Source: Gaiellaceae bacterium (GTDB lineage: Bacteria; Actinomycetota; Thermoleophilia; Gaiellales; Gaiellaceae). Taken from it: DNA of 64,000 nt. Positions 16,183 through 28,569 of the stretch are shown one piece after another. Numbering within the stretch: the stretch's first letter is position 1; each line of letters begins with the position of its first letter. Position numbers and translations under genes: made by a program. The stretch is taken from NCBI GenBank assembly GCA_037720595.1, contig JBBJLW010000016.1:1751-65750 (forward strand), written 5' to 3'. The notes under the pieces were generated by a model. The model was not told the DNA's origin. It worked only from the letters and a program-made list of their open reading frames with translations, and ran no database searches.

Positions 16183-17825
16183 CGACGACCCGCGAAGCAG
16201 CGATCGCAGAGAGGGAACCACGGCGCGCAGCTCTGGCCGCACGATCGGCAGCGGCCGACGGTCGGCGAGCGCACCTCGTCTGCGAGCCGCGCGCTGACTC
16301 GGTCGGAAGCCGCCTGCTCGAGGGTCGCCGCCTTCTCGATCGTGACCCCGCCCACGTCCGGGTACTGGAGCGCAAACCAGCGCAGGATGCTGGCGGTCCG
16401 CGCCGCTTGCTCGGCGTCCTCGAGCGAGGAGTCGCGCAGGCGGCTCGCGTCAAGCAGGTACGCGAGGATCGGCCGCTGCGCGCGGTCGCCCGCGACAGCG
16501 AGCGCGAGCGTTGCGAGCAGCTCGAGGTTGTCGTCATCGACGGGAGCGTTGACGAGCTTCCACGTCTGCTCGAGCGCGAGCTTGCGCCCCCGCTCCCGCA
16601 GCCGTCGCTGCACTGTGTCGAGCCGGTTCAGAAGCGGGCCGATCGACTCGACCGAGAGCCAACCCTCGGTTGCCCACTGACGCAAGGCAGCGGTGTGCCA
16701 GGCGCGGAGCGCAGCCGCGAGCTGCGCCGGATTCTCGATCGGCAGGTCCTCGAGGCGCGGCCTGATTCGCGCGGTATCGACGACGCGGTAGCCGAAGTGG
16801 CCACCCGGGAGCTCGATGTGCGGCACGAGCGCCGACTCGACGATCTCCGCCTCGGCCTGAGCCCAGACGATCCCGGTCAGCACCCCCACGTGACCGCGCT
16901 CGACCAGCCCGAAGCGGCCGGCTCTGCCCGCGATCTGGGCGATCTCCCAGGGGTGGAGATCGCGCCGCTCGACGCCGTCGAACTTCGTCGTCTCGGCGAA
17001 GAGCAGCGTTTCGCAGGGCAGGTTGACGCCGTGCCCGAGCACGTCCGTGGAGGCGCAGAAATCGGCCTGCCCGTTCAGGAATCGGTCGATCTCGACGCGG
17101 CGCGAGGCGAGCGGCATCGCGCCGTAGAGAACGGCCACCCGGCCGGCGTGGCGGCGGTTCAGCTCGCCCGCGAGCGCGAGGACGGCGCGGCGACTGAACG
17201 CGACGACGACAGTGCCCGGCCGGAGAGCGTTGAACGCGACCTCGCCGGTCCAGTCGAGCGGCGCCTTGCGCTCGAAGAAGCGGATCTCTGCCTCCGGAAA
17301 GGCGTTCTGGACGAGCGGCAGAGCCTCGACCGCGCCGAGCAGAAGAATGTGCCGGTACTCGCCGGCGAGCAGGAGTCGGGTCCACGCCGAGCCGCGCTCC
17401 TCGTCCTCCGCCCACTGGATCTCGTCGAGTACGAGCACCTCGCCGCGCAGCGGGGCCATTTCGGCGGTGCAGCAGATGATCGGCGCATCCTCGTTGACGC
17501 GTTCTTCGCCCGTGACCAGGCCGACACGCTCGGCGCCGAGCTGCGCAGAGAGCTTCCGGTGCGCCTCTTGAGCGAGCATCCGCAGCGGCGCGGCGAAGAC
17601 GCCGCGACCGGACTCGGCGAGGAACTCGAGCGCGGAATGGGTCTTCCCGGAGTTCGTCGGGCCGAGATGCGCGACGACGCTCTCGGGCTGGGAGCCGCGG
17701 GTCGGGAGCCGGATCTCCGGCTCGGTCAGGTGCGTCGGGCGATGCTGCCTGGCCTTGCGCGTCGCGCGGCTCGGCCGCTTCTGGCGGCCGCCGCGGTGTT
17801 CCCGTCTCGCCGCCATGGCGTCCAC
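16179..17825 (-). CDS. SUV3-like ATP-dependent (RNA) helicase with C-terminal zinc ribbon
   Basis: Walker A GPTNSGKTH, motif II VLDEIQW, a helicase C-domain, and terminal CRSCGQSCAPWFPLCDRC. Confidence 0.8.
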   Translation of the reverse strand: MDAMAARREHRGGRQKRPSRATRKARQHRPTHLTEPEIRLPTRGSQPESVVAHLGPTNSGKTHSALEFLAESGRGVFAAPLRMLAQEAHRKLSAQLGAERVGLVTGEERVNEDAPIICCTAEMAPLRGEVLVLDEIQWAEDEERGSAWTRLLLAGEYRHILLLGAVEALPLVQNAFPEAEIRFFERKAPLDWTGEVAFNALRPGTVVVAFSRRAVLALAGELNRRHAGRVAVLYGAMPLASRRVEIDRFLNGQADFCASTDVLGHGVNLPCETLLFAETTKFDGVERRDLHPWEIAQIAGRAGRFGLVERGHVGVLTGIVWAQAEAEIVESALVPHIELPGGHFGYRVVDTARIRPRLEDLPIENPAQLAAALRAWHTAALRQWATEGWLSVESIGPLLNRLDTVQRRLRERGRKLALEQTWKLVNAPVDDDNLELLATLALAVAGDRAQRPILAYLLDASRLRDSSLEDAEQAARTASILRWFALQYPDVGGVTIEKAATLEQAASDRVSARLADEVRSPTVGRCRSCGQSCAPWFPLCDRCFAGRR

Positions 17826-17835
17826 GGTAGCGGCG

Positions 17836-18699
17836 CTAGACGTCGAGGAAGCGCCTGAGCGTGATCCCGGACGCGAGTGCGCCGAGGCCGAGGCCGAGGC
17901 CGAGGACGATCAGCCCGACGAGCGAGAACTGGAGCGCGTTCACGTTGTCCTCGTTTGTGATCTGGGGGATCCGCGCGATCAGAAGCACCTTTCCGAGCCA
18001 CAGCAACAAGACGGCCCCGAGGGCGCCGGCGAGGCCGCAAAGCAGTCCTTCGAGCATGAAGGGCCCGCGCACGAACCAGTTCGTCGCGCCGACGAGCTTC
18101 ATCACCTCGACCTCTCGGCGACGGGAGAAGATCGAGAGCCGGATCGTGTTCGCGATCAACATTGCCGACGCGATCAACAAGATCAGCACAGCCACTCGCA
18201 CGGCCCATTCGATCACGTCGAGATAGCCGAGCACCTGCTCGGTTCGCTGCTTCCCATAGGTGACCTTGTCGACGCCCGAAGGAAGCGGCGACAAAGACGC
18301 GGTGATCCCCTTGAGTTGATCTGCGTCGAACGGCGTGACCTTATGAGCCGGAGGAAGCGGGTTGGCCGACAGGTTCGCCGTCGCCTCGGGGAGGCGCTGT
18401 CGCATGATTCTCAGCGCCTCCGCTCTGGACACGAACTCGATGTTCTTCACCCGCGGATCAGCGTCGAGCTGGGCGCGGACGGCGTTGATCCGCCCCGGCG
18501 CGACATCGGTGTCGTAGTACACATTGATGACGAGCCTGTTCTGCACGTTCTGAGACCACGAGGACAGCCACGTACTGAGCGAGATGGAAAGTCCGAGCAG
18601 GAACATCCCGATCAGAACAGTCATCGACGCCGCGACGGTTGTCGAGATGTTTGCCCCCAAAGAGCGGAGCGACTCGCTGAAGATGAGCCGTAGCCTCAT
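17836..18699 (-). CDS. ftsX: cell division permease FtsX
   Basis: 287 aa with 4 TM helices and MKLVGATNWFVRGPFMLEG. Overlaps the ftsE stop. Confidence 0.9.
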   Translation of the reverse strand: MRLRLIFSESLRSLGANISTTVAASMTVLIGMFLLGLSISLSTWLSSWSQNVQNRLVINVYYDTDVAPGRINAVRAQLDADPRVKNIEFVSRAEALRIMRQRLPEATANLSANPLPPAHKVTPFDADQLKGITASLSPLPSGVDKVTYGKQRTEQVLGYLDVIEWAVRVAVLILLIASAMLIANTIRLSIFSRRREVEVMKLVGATNWFVRGPFMLEGLLCGLAGALGAVLLLWLGKVLLIARIPQITNEDNVNALQFSLVGLIVLGLGLGLGALASGITLRRFLDV

Positions 18700-19598
18700 T
18701 CGGAGGCATACCCTCCGCGGCGCTCGTCGCGAGCAAGTCGCCCGTCCTCGAGCGCGATCACGCGCTTGCGCATCTTGTCGACCATCTCGCGATCGTGGGT
18801 GACCATCAGGATCGTCGTGCCGGCGCGATTGATGCGATAGAGCAACTGCATGATCCCGACGGACGTGTCCGGGTCGAGGTTTCCCGTCGGCTCGTCGCAG
18901 ATCAGGAGCGGCGGGTGATTGACGACGGCACGCGCGATCGAGACGCGCTGCTGCTCGCCGCCGGAGAGCTCGTCGGGCAGCGATCCGGTCTTGTCGGAGA
19001 GGCCGACCAGGGAGAGCACCTCGGGGACGTTGCGGCGGATGCTCGCCTTGCTCTCGCCCTGCACCTTCAGGGCGTAGGCGATGTTCTCGCCCGCCGTACG
19101 GTTCGGCAGCAGCTTGAAGTCCTGGAAGACGCAGCCGACATTGCGACGCAGGAGCGGTACCCGTGAGCGCTTGAGCCGGGTGAGGTCACGGCCGCCCACG
19201 ACGACGCGGCCCGAAGTCGGCTCCATCTCCTTCAGCAGCAGGCGGATCATCGTCGACTTGCCCGACCCCGACGCGCCGACGACGAAGACGAACTCGCCCT
19301 TGTCGATCGTGAAGGAGACGTCGTTCAGGGCCACGACGTTCGGCTCGTAGATCTTCGTCACGCGCTCGAAGACGATCATCGTCCCCGATCCCGGGTCGAG
19401 CGGAGCGACCTGCCCGTCGCCCTCGACCGGGTCGACGAGCGCGGAGACGCCGTTCTTGCCGGATACGCCGTTGGCGGCCGCGCTCTCGCCGGAGGGAACT
19501 ACCTGGGTGTGGACGTCGGGTTCCTGCACCGGATTCGAAGAGGAAGCCCCCGCACTGCCGCTCGAGTGGTGGCGAGGCGCTCCGGTCTCTGGAGCCAT
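18696..19598 (-). CDS. ftsE: cell division ATP-binding protein FtsE
   Basis: Walker A GASGSGKST, signature LSGGEQQRVSIARA, Walker B LLICDEPTGNLD. The real start may be the ATG at 19379 (MIVFERVTKIY). Confidence 0.9.
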   Translation of the reverse strand: MAPETGAPRHHSSGSAGASSSNPVQEPDVHTQVVPSGESAAANGVSGKNGVSALVDPVEGDGQVAPLDPGSGTMIVFERVTKIYEPNVVALNDVSFTIDKGEFVFVVGASGSGKSTMIRLLLKEMEPTSGRVVVGGRDLTRLKRSRVPLLRRNVGCVFQDFKLLPNRTAGENIAYALKVQGESKASIRRNVPEVLSLVGLSDKTGSLPDELSGGEQQRVSIARAVVNHPPLLICDEPTGNLDPDTSVGIMQLLYRINRAGTTILMVTHDREMVDKMRKRVIALEDGRLARDERRGGYASE

Positions 19599-19619
19599 CA
19601 GTCTAGCCGACGCTTCGGG

Positions 19620-20724
19620 CTAGACCACTCGCCCGGTCGCCTTCGCCAGGAGATAGGCGTGGACGAAGCCGTCGAGATTCCCGTCGAGAACCCCCTGCGT
19701 ATTGCCCACTTCGAAGTCGGTTCGATGATCCTTGACGAGCTGGTAGGGATGGAGCACATAGCTGCGGATTTGACTCCCGAAGCCGATGTCCTGCGCAGCG
19801 CCGCGCTCCTTCGCGAGCTCCGCTTCGCGCTCCTCCTCCTGCAACTCGACGAGGCGCGACTTGAGGATCCGCAGCGCCGTCTGCTTGTTCGAGGTCTGGG
19901 AGCGCTCGTTCTGGCACTGCACGACGATCCCCGACGGGATGTGCGTGATCCGCACGGCCGAGTCGGTCTTGTTCACGTGCTGCCCACCGGCACCTGAGGC
20001 ACGGTAGGTGTCGATCCGGAGGTCGGTCTCGTCGATCTCGACCTCGCTCTCGTCCGCCAGGAGCGGCGCGACGACGACCTGCGAGAACGCCGTATGGCGG
20101 CGGTGCGCGCTGTCGAACGGCGACTGCCGCACGAGCCGGTGGACGCCGCGCTCGGCCTTCATGATCCCGTAGGCGTTCTCGCCCTTGACGGTGAAGGTGG
20201 CCGACTTGAGCCCCGCCTCCTCACCCGGGCTCGCCTCGATCAGCTCGGCCTGGAAGCCGCGGTCGTCGGCCCAGCGCAGATACATGCGCAGCATCATCTC
20301 GGCCCAGTCCTGGGCGTCGGTTCCACCGGTGCCGGAGTGGATCGAGGCGACCGCGTCGCCGCTGTCGTACTCCCCGGTGAAGAGCGCGTCCTCTTGCAGC
20401 CGGGCGAGCTCGCCGCGCAAGGGCTGGAGCTGCGCCTCGATCTCGTCGCCGAGGTCGGGGTCCATCGCGAGCAACTCAGCGGCGTCGTCGTGCTCGCGTT
20501 GGAGGCGCTCGTAGCGCTCGAGGCGCTTGGTGAGACGGGAATGCTCGGTCGAGACGCGGGCTGCGTGGCTCTGGTCGTCCCAGAAGCCGGGCTGGCCTAG
20601 CTCCTCCTCGAGCGCGGTTATGCGGACAGAGACGGCATCCGGGTCAAAGGTAATCACGAACCCAGGCGAGCTGGGCTCTGATCTCCTCGAGCTGCTGGTC
20701 GAGTGGAATCGCGGTCTCGGACAC
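19620..20724 (-). CDS. prfB: peptide chain release factor 2, requires a programmed +1 frameshift
   Basis: ORF0 is GTG 20724 ..VSETAIPLDQQLEEIRAQLAWVRDYL then TGA. The +1 frame continues DPDAVSVRITALEEELG... and contains SPF and GGQ (ASGAGGQHVNKT) motifs. Confidence 0.92.
20643..20649 (-). other. RF2 autoregulatory +1 frameshift site CTT TGA C
   Basis: The canonical CUU-UGA-C heptamer sits exactly at the junction of the two prfB frames. Confidence 0.85.
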
Positions 20725-20798
20725 GGCGTGATGGTAGCGACCGAGCGGATCGCTTCGACGTGATCGGGCTTGAGCCCGGGCCGCGGCTGGTCGAAGGA

Positions 20799-21925
20799 CT
20801 ACGCGAGAGTCAGCGTGCCGTTCGCATCACCGGCGCGCATCATGCGGAGAGCCTGTTCAGCACGGTTCTCGAGCGAGGCCGGCGTATCGTCCGGACGCAG
20901 CTCGGCGAACGCGCCTGTGCAGGCGAGCGTTGCGCCTGCCCTCGCCGCGAGCTCGTCCAGCGACGTCCGGAGCTCGGCGACTGCGGTCCGCGCCGCCTCA
21001 GCGGACTGCCCGTCCGTCAGGACGAGACCGAGTTCGCCGCCGCCGAGTCGGCAGGGCTCACCGGAGCCGGGAAGCAACGCGCGCAGTCGGTCTGCGATCT
21101 GCGCCAGCAGGATGTCGGCCGCGGCTGCTCCACTGCGCTCGCCGAGTCCCCCCAGCCCGAGCACGCTCACGACGAGGAGGCCGAGGACGCCGCCGTTTCG
21201 CTGAGCCTGATCGACCTCGTCCGCGAGCCGGCCGTCGAAATACCGCCGGTCGAGGAGACCCGTGCCCGCGTCCCGAACGGAGAGTGCGGCGATCGCATCG
21301 AACCGAAGCGCGGTCTCGAGCGAGCCTGCGGCGACTCCGACAATCCGGGTCAGCTCGAGAAGTCGGACGTCGGCCTCCTGCTCGAGATCCGTGCGCCAGA
21401 TGGCCGAGATGTTCCCGCCGCATCGCCGTCCGCATCCTGCAGCGGGACGAGCAGGACTGTACGGATGTCGTCCGCCGACTCGCGAACGTACCGGGTGATG
21501 ATCTCCGACTCGTTGCCGGCCGCGAGCATCGCTTCGAGCCACTCCAGCTCGTACGGCGTGAGCCCGCGTGATTCGACGAGGGGAGGCTCGGGCTCCGAAC
21601 GGTGAATCGCGATCGCGGCTGCGTCGGGAGCACACGATCGCATCACGGCGTCGAGCAGCCGTGACGTGAGCTCTGGGAGGTCGACTGTCCCCCCGAACCA
21701 AGCCTCCTCGCGCAGGCGTCTGAGCTCCTCCGCCTCGTCGTCGGCCGTCGTGTCGTCCGACGGCACCGCGGCGACTTGTGCGACCCGCGCGGGAGATCGC
21801 AGCCACAGTGCAAGTGAAAGGAGCGCGAGCAAGGCTGACCCGGAAGCCGCTCCAACCGCCACGAGCCAGAGCGTCACCGATGAGTTCCACCGAAAGCCAT
21901 CAGGGGGTGTGGTCTCGCACGACAC
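20799..21925 (-). pseudogene. membrane-anchored sensor with a degenerate GGDEF domain, split by a frameshift near 21415
   Basis: The N-terminal ORF (21350..21925) has a TM helix plus a sensory region. The GGDEF-type domain (DAGTGLLDRRYF...RLGGGELGLVL) continues in another frame with no nearby start codon. Confidence 0.55.
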
Positions 21926-22235
21926 AGCGGCGCAGGCTCAGAGCTGTACGGGCTTAGAGGCGGAACGGGGAGAAGTCGTAGCGGCGACGCCACGGACGAG
22001 AGCAGGTCGACACCGGACGGCGAAAGTTGCGGTCGGTGTCGTGCTTGTCTGCGTGCTCGCTTCGCGGCGCGCACGTGACCACGCAACGACGATCCTCCAG
22101 CGCGCCTGGGAGCAGTCGCTCGAGGCCGCTCGCGCCGTTCTCTGCACGGAAGGCCGAGGAGCAGCCGTCGCCGAGCCATTCGAAGGTCACGACGATCCAA
22201 TCTTCGCGGAGTCGATCGATCTCATCGCGACATCG

Positions 22236-22883
22236 ATGGAGCCGTCCGCGATCGACCCACCCGAGCCTGCGCACGAGCCGGAACCGATCTCAGTCGGTCT
22301 CGAACCTCCGCCGGTCCTCGAGTCGACGCTCGACGTCGAGGCGGAGCTGGTCGCCGCCGACTCGAATTTCGAGCCCGCGAGCGCCGCCGGCGCCTTCGAG
22401 ACGCCGCCGCCGAACGACACCGACCGTCGACGCCGCCGTCGGGCGGTCACGGCCTCGGTCGCGGCGATCGCGGCTGCCGCCGTGGCGGCGGGAGCGGCGT
22501 CCTGGGCTCTCTGGGCGAACGACGACAGCTCCGGTCCGATGGGCGACGTCCTCGCCGCGATCTCGAGCAACGACGCCGAGCGGATCCCGCTCTCCGGCTC
22601 GTCGGACGGGCTCGCGGTGGTAGTCGGCCGGGACGGCCAGGCTGCGCTCGTCAGCTCGACGGTGCCGAGTGCCCCGCAGGGCAAGCAATACGAGATTTGG
22701 GTGATCCATGCGAAGCAACCGGCCCAGGCCGCCCTGTTCTCGGGCGGCCCGGGGCGAATGGTCGTTCCGCTCAGCCTGCCGGTTCGACCAGGAGACACGG
22801 TTGCGGTGACGCTCGAGGCGAGTGGAGGCGTCGGTGCGCCTACCAGCCCCGTGCTCTACGCGGCTACGAGGAGCGCCGAATAG
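22236..22883 (+). CDS. anti-sigma-K (RskA)-like C-terminal-domain membrane protein; start uncertain
   Basis: A TM segment AAIAAAAVAAGAASWALW is followed by GKQYEIWVIH...AVTLEASGGVGAPTSPVLY. It may start upstream (GTG 22041). Confidence 0.6.
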   Translation: MEPSAIDPPEPAHEPEPISVGLEPPPVLESTLDVEAELVAADSNFEPASAAGAFETPPPNDTDRRRRRRAVTASVAAIAAAAVAAGAASWALWANDDSSGPMGDVLAAISSNDAERIPLSGSSDGLAVVVGRDGQAALVSSTVPSAPQGKQYEIWVIHAKQPAQAALFSGGPGRMVVPLSLPVRPGDTVAVTLEASGGVGAPTSPVLYAATRSAE

Positions 22884-22947
22884 CTGCGGATCTTGCTGCC
22901 GGGCCGATGGAGACGTTCTAGGACGAGGTCAGAATTTGCGACGGGCG

Positions 22948-25620
<2,673 letters not shown>

Positions 25621-25710
25621 CCGGCACAGGGTAGCCATTCGGCCCGTCCTTCATCGACCCCTTACACGGGCGCCGCGGGACCCTTACAGGGTCGCTGTAA
25701 CGTCGCTCTC

Positions 25711-26631
25711 ATGAGATCGCTCCTCCTGCTCGCGGCCGTGGCCGCTCTCGTCCCGACAGCGCTCGCCGGCTCCGTCCGCTCCGTTACAGCGCCGGCGCCT
25801 GTGCTCGCCGTTGCGTTCGATGGATCCCGCGTCGCCTATGCGGCCGGCCGCTCGACGACGGACTGCAACCGCGTCTTCGTCTGGAACCTCGCCACGCGCG
25901 GCGTCTCGAAGCTGGGGCGAAAGACCCACTGCGAGGAGACGAGCACCGGCAACGCGGTCGCGGCCGTCTCGATCGCCGGCAAGCGGGTGCTCTGGGTCCA
26001 CTACGTCGGCGGTAACCTCCGCGACTGGACGCTCTGGACTGCGACGACTACGGCACCTGCGCCGATCCGCATCAGGCTCGTGACTCGCGAAGCAGATGCG
26101 CCCGCACCGATCGTGATCGGAGACGGCGGCGGTGCCCAGTCCGGCAATATCCTTCCCTATGGGGTCGACCGCACAGTGGTTGCGTTGCGCCCAAGCGGCG
26201 CGCGTCAGTTTCGGTGGACGGCCCCGGCAAAGGTCGTCGCGCTCTCGGCATCCGGCGCCCGGCTAGCCGTCGCGATCGAGGGCGGACGAGTAATCGTGCT
26301 CGACGGCAATGGGCGCATCCTTCGTTCGGAGACGTTCGCTCGGACCGTCGAGGCCGTCAAACTCACCCCCAACGCCCTCCTCGTCCAGTCGGGCAGGACT
26401 CTCGAGGTGCGTGATGACGGTGGTATCCGTTCGTACAGCCTCCTTGCGGGTATCCGGCTCGCCGATGCGACCAGCGAGAGCGCGATTCTCGTCGGGGGCG
26501 GCAAGGTGCTGCGGCTCGAGCTCGACTCGAGCCGTGGGGGCGTCTTCGCGAACGGCACGCTGACGGCGCTCGCGGACGAACGGGTTGTCGTCGCCACGAG
26601 TCGGAGCGTCACCCTCCGGGCGCTTCCCTAG
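25711..26631 (+). CDS. secreted hypothetical protein (repeat/beta-rich)
   Basis: Signal peptide MRSLLLLAAVAALVPTALAGS. Start trimmed from the track ORF. Confidence 0.6.
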   Translation: MRSLLLLAAVAALVPTALAGSVRSVTAPAPVLAVAFDGSRVAYAAGRSTTDCNRVFVWNLATRGVSKLGRKTHCEETSTGNAVAAVSIAGKRVLWVHYVGGNLRDWTLWTATTTAPAPIRIRLVTREADAPAPIVIGDGGGAQSGNILPYGVDRTVVALRPSGARQFRWTAPAKVVALSASGARLAVAIEGGRVIVLDGNGRILRSETFARTVEAVKLTPNALLVQSGRTLEVRDDGGIRSYSLLAGIRLADATSESAILVGGGKVLRLELDSSRGGVFANGTLTALADERVVVATSRSVTLRALP

Positions 26632-27176
26632 AGCCGGTTCAGCTCGACCTCCCAGAGCATCTCGTCGAGGCGCTGCGCGGTCACGACGACATCGTCGCCG
26701 CCGAGTCGCTCGAGGGTGGGAATCGAGCCGAATGCGGTCATTCCGTCGAGCTCGAGCGTGCGCGCGCCGTCGCGGAGCGTCAAGGTGGCGCGGTCGCCGT
26801 CGACCTCCTCCGGGATCTCGACCACCTGAACGCGCCGGCCGGCGACCGCCCAGAGCCCGTCGCCTCGACGAACGGCCTCGGCGCGGTACGGCGCTTCGAG
26901 CGCGCCCTCGAGTGCGGCGGCGAGCGTCTCGAGCTCGAGGTCGTCGGTCTCGGCCAGGATCGAGCCGTCCACCAGCACGACGAAGCGCGCCTCGTCGCCC
27001 TCGAGCTCGGGTGCCTCGGCGATCGCGACGGCGTCCCACTCGCGTTGCCGGTGGACCCCGTGAATCCCCACCTCGCCCCAGCGCGGAGCTGTGTCCAACG
27101 GCCCGTGCTCGACCGGTGTCATTCCGCCGTCTCGGGCAAGCTGCTCGTGCAGCGGCTCGCGCTTCCGCCAGAACAT
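26628..27176 (-). CDS. hypothetical protein
   Basis: 182-aa ORF with coding-like composition between hpf and the secreted-protein gene. The convergent stop codons overlap. Confidence 0.55.
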   Translation of the reverse strand: MFWRKREPLHEQLARDGGMTPVEHGPLDTAPRWGEVGIHGVHRQREWDAVAIAEAPELEGDEARFVVLVDGSILAETDDLELETLAAALEGALEAPYRAEAVRRGDGLWAVAGRRVQVVEIPEEVDGDRATLTLRDGARTLELDGMTAFGSIPTLERLGGDDVVVTAQRLDEMLWEVELNRL

Positions 27177-27204
27177 CAGGTCTGCGAGGGTGGCTGGGAG
27201 CCCA

Positions 27205-27759
27205 TCAAGCTTGGGGCTCGATGTGCCCGTAGTCGCCGTCGCGGCGCCGGTAGACGACGTCCGTCTTGCCGGTCGCCTCGTTTCGGAAGACGAAGAAGTC
27301 GTGCCCGACCAACTCCAGCTCGAGCACCGCCTCTTCGGGCGAGAGCGGCTGGAGGTCGAACTGCTTGGACTTGACGATCATCGTGTCGAGCTGCTCGGCC
27401 GTGAAGTTCGGCTCCTGCGACGCGGCCAGGCCGTTCGCGCTTGCGCGCCGGCCCGACTCGCGACGACTTCGCTTGGCGCGGTAGCGCTGAACCTGGCGGT
27501 CGAGCTTCTCGACGATCTGGTCGATCGACGATTCAAAGGACGTCGAGCACTCCCGCGCGCGCAACGTCGGTCCCTTCGTCCAGATCGTCGCCTCCGCCAC
27601 ATGATCGTCCGCGATGGAGGGATTGTGCTCGACCGCGAGCTCGAGCTCGACCTGCGTGGGATCGGCGAGCAGCCGCTCGAGCCGTCCAAGCTTCTCCTCG
27701 GCATACGTCCGGATCTGATCGGTGACCTCGACGTTTCGGCCCTTGACCTGAAGTCGCAT
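27205..27759 (-). CDS. hpf: ribosome hibernation-promoting factor (long HPF)
   Basis: MRLQVKGRNVEVTDQIRTYAEEKLGRLERLL... plus a C-terminal dimerisation domain. Confidence 0.9.
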   Translation of the reverse strand: MRLQVKGRNVEVTDQIRTYAEEKLGRLERLLADPTQVELELAVEHNPSIADDHVAEATIWTKGPTLRARECSTSFESSIDQIVEKLDRQVQRYRAKRSRRESGRRASANGLAASQEPNFTAEQLDTMIVKSKQFDLQPLSPEEAVLELELVGHDFFVFRNEATGKTDVVYRRRDGDYGHIEPQA

Positions 27760-27843
27760 CGCGTCTCCTTCTCTGTCCGGTTGAGGCTTCAGGGTAACGG
27801 ACGCCGAGCCTCGGCGAACGACCGGATCGTGCCTGGGAGCGGA

Positions 27844-28500
27844 TCAGCGGACAGCCCTCGCAAACGTAATCACCTCGACGTGTCGCGCACCTCCTTTCCT
27901 GAGCGCCGAAGCCGCGGCGGCGGCCGTTGCTCCGCTTGTAAAGACATCGTCGACGAGGCAGACGCTCGCCGGCGAGGCACGAGCCGACGCAAAGGCGCCG
28001 GCAACATTGCTCCGGCGCTCCTTCAGGCCGAGACCGCGCTGCGGGTCGACCGACCGGATCCGACGAACGAGCGACTCGACGGGCAATCCCCACTCCACTC
28101 CGAGCGCACGAGCAAGCGACTCTGCAGGCCGATGGCCCCGTTCGAGCGAGCGGTCGCGATCGGCAGGCACGAACGCGAGCACCGCTACGGCCGGCCGAGC
28201 GAGAGACTCGACGACGATCGCGGCGGCGATCCGCGCCAGGTGGCGCTGACCGCGTTCCTTCCACGCCGAGACGAACTTCCGTGCCCTGTCGTCGTAGACG
28301 ATCGCGGCGCGCGCGGACGCGAACGCGAGCCGGCGTCCGCGGCATTCGGCACACCGTCGGATCGGCCAGGCACCCGGCGAGCCGCACCGCTCGCAGAGTG
28401 GCGGCGCCAGCCGGACGAGGCCGTCGCGGCAGGCCTCGCAGAGCGATGAGCCGGTGATGCCACAGGAGGCACAGCGCCGGGGAAGGAGGAGGTCGAGCAC
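27844..28500 (-). CDS. comF: ComF-family phosphoribosyltransferase
   Basis: N-terminal double Cys pairs (CASCG..CEAC, CERCG..CAEC) and a PRTase motif VCLVDDVFTSGAT. Confidence 0.85.
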   Translation of the reverse strand: MLDLLLPRRCASCGITGSSLCEACRDGLVRLAPPLCERCGSPGAWPIRRCAECRGRRLAFASARAAIVYDDRARKFVSAWKERGQRHLARIAAAIVVESLARPAVAVLAFVPADRDRSLERGHRPAESLARALGVEWGLPVESLVRRIRSVDPQRGLGLKERRSNVAGAFASARASPASVCLVDDVFTSGATAAAAASALRKGGARHVEVITFARAVR

Positions 28501-28569
28501 ACCCTCGACGCTAGCCGTCGAACCGTCACGAAACCGTCACAGCTTTGTGTCGAATCCGTGCCATTTCAG

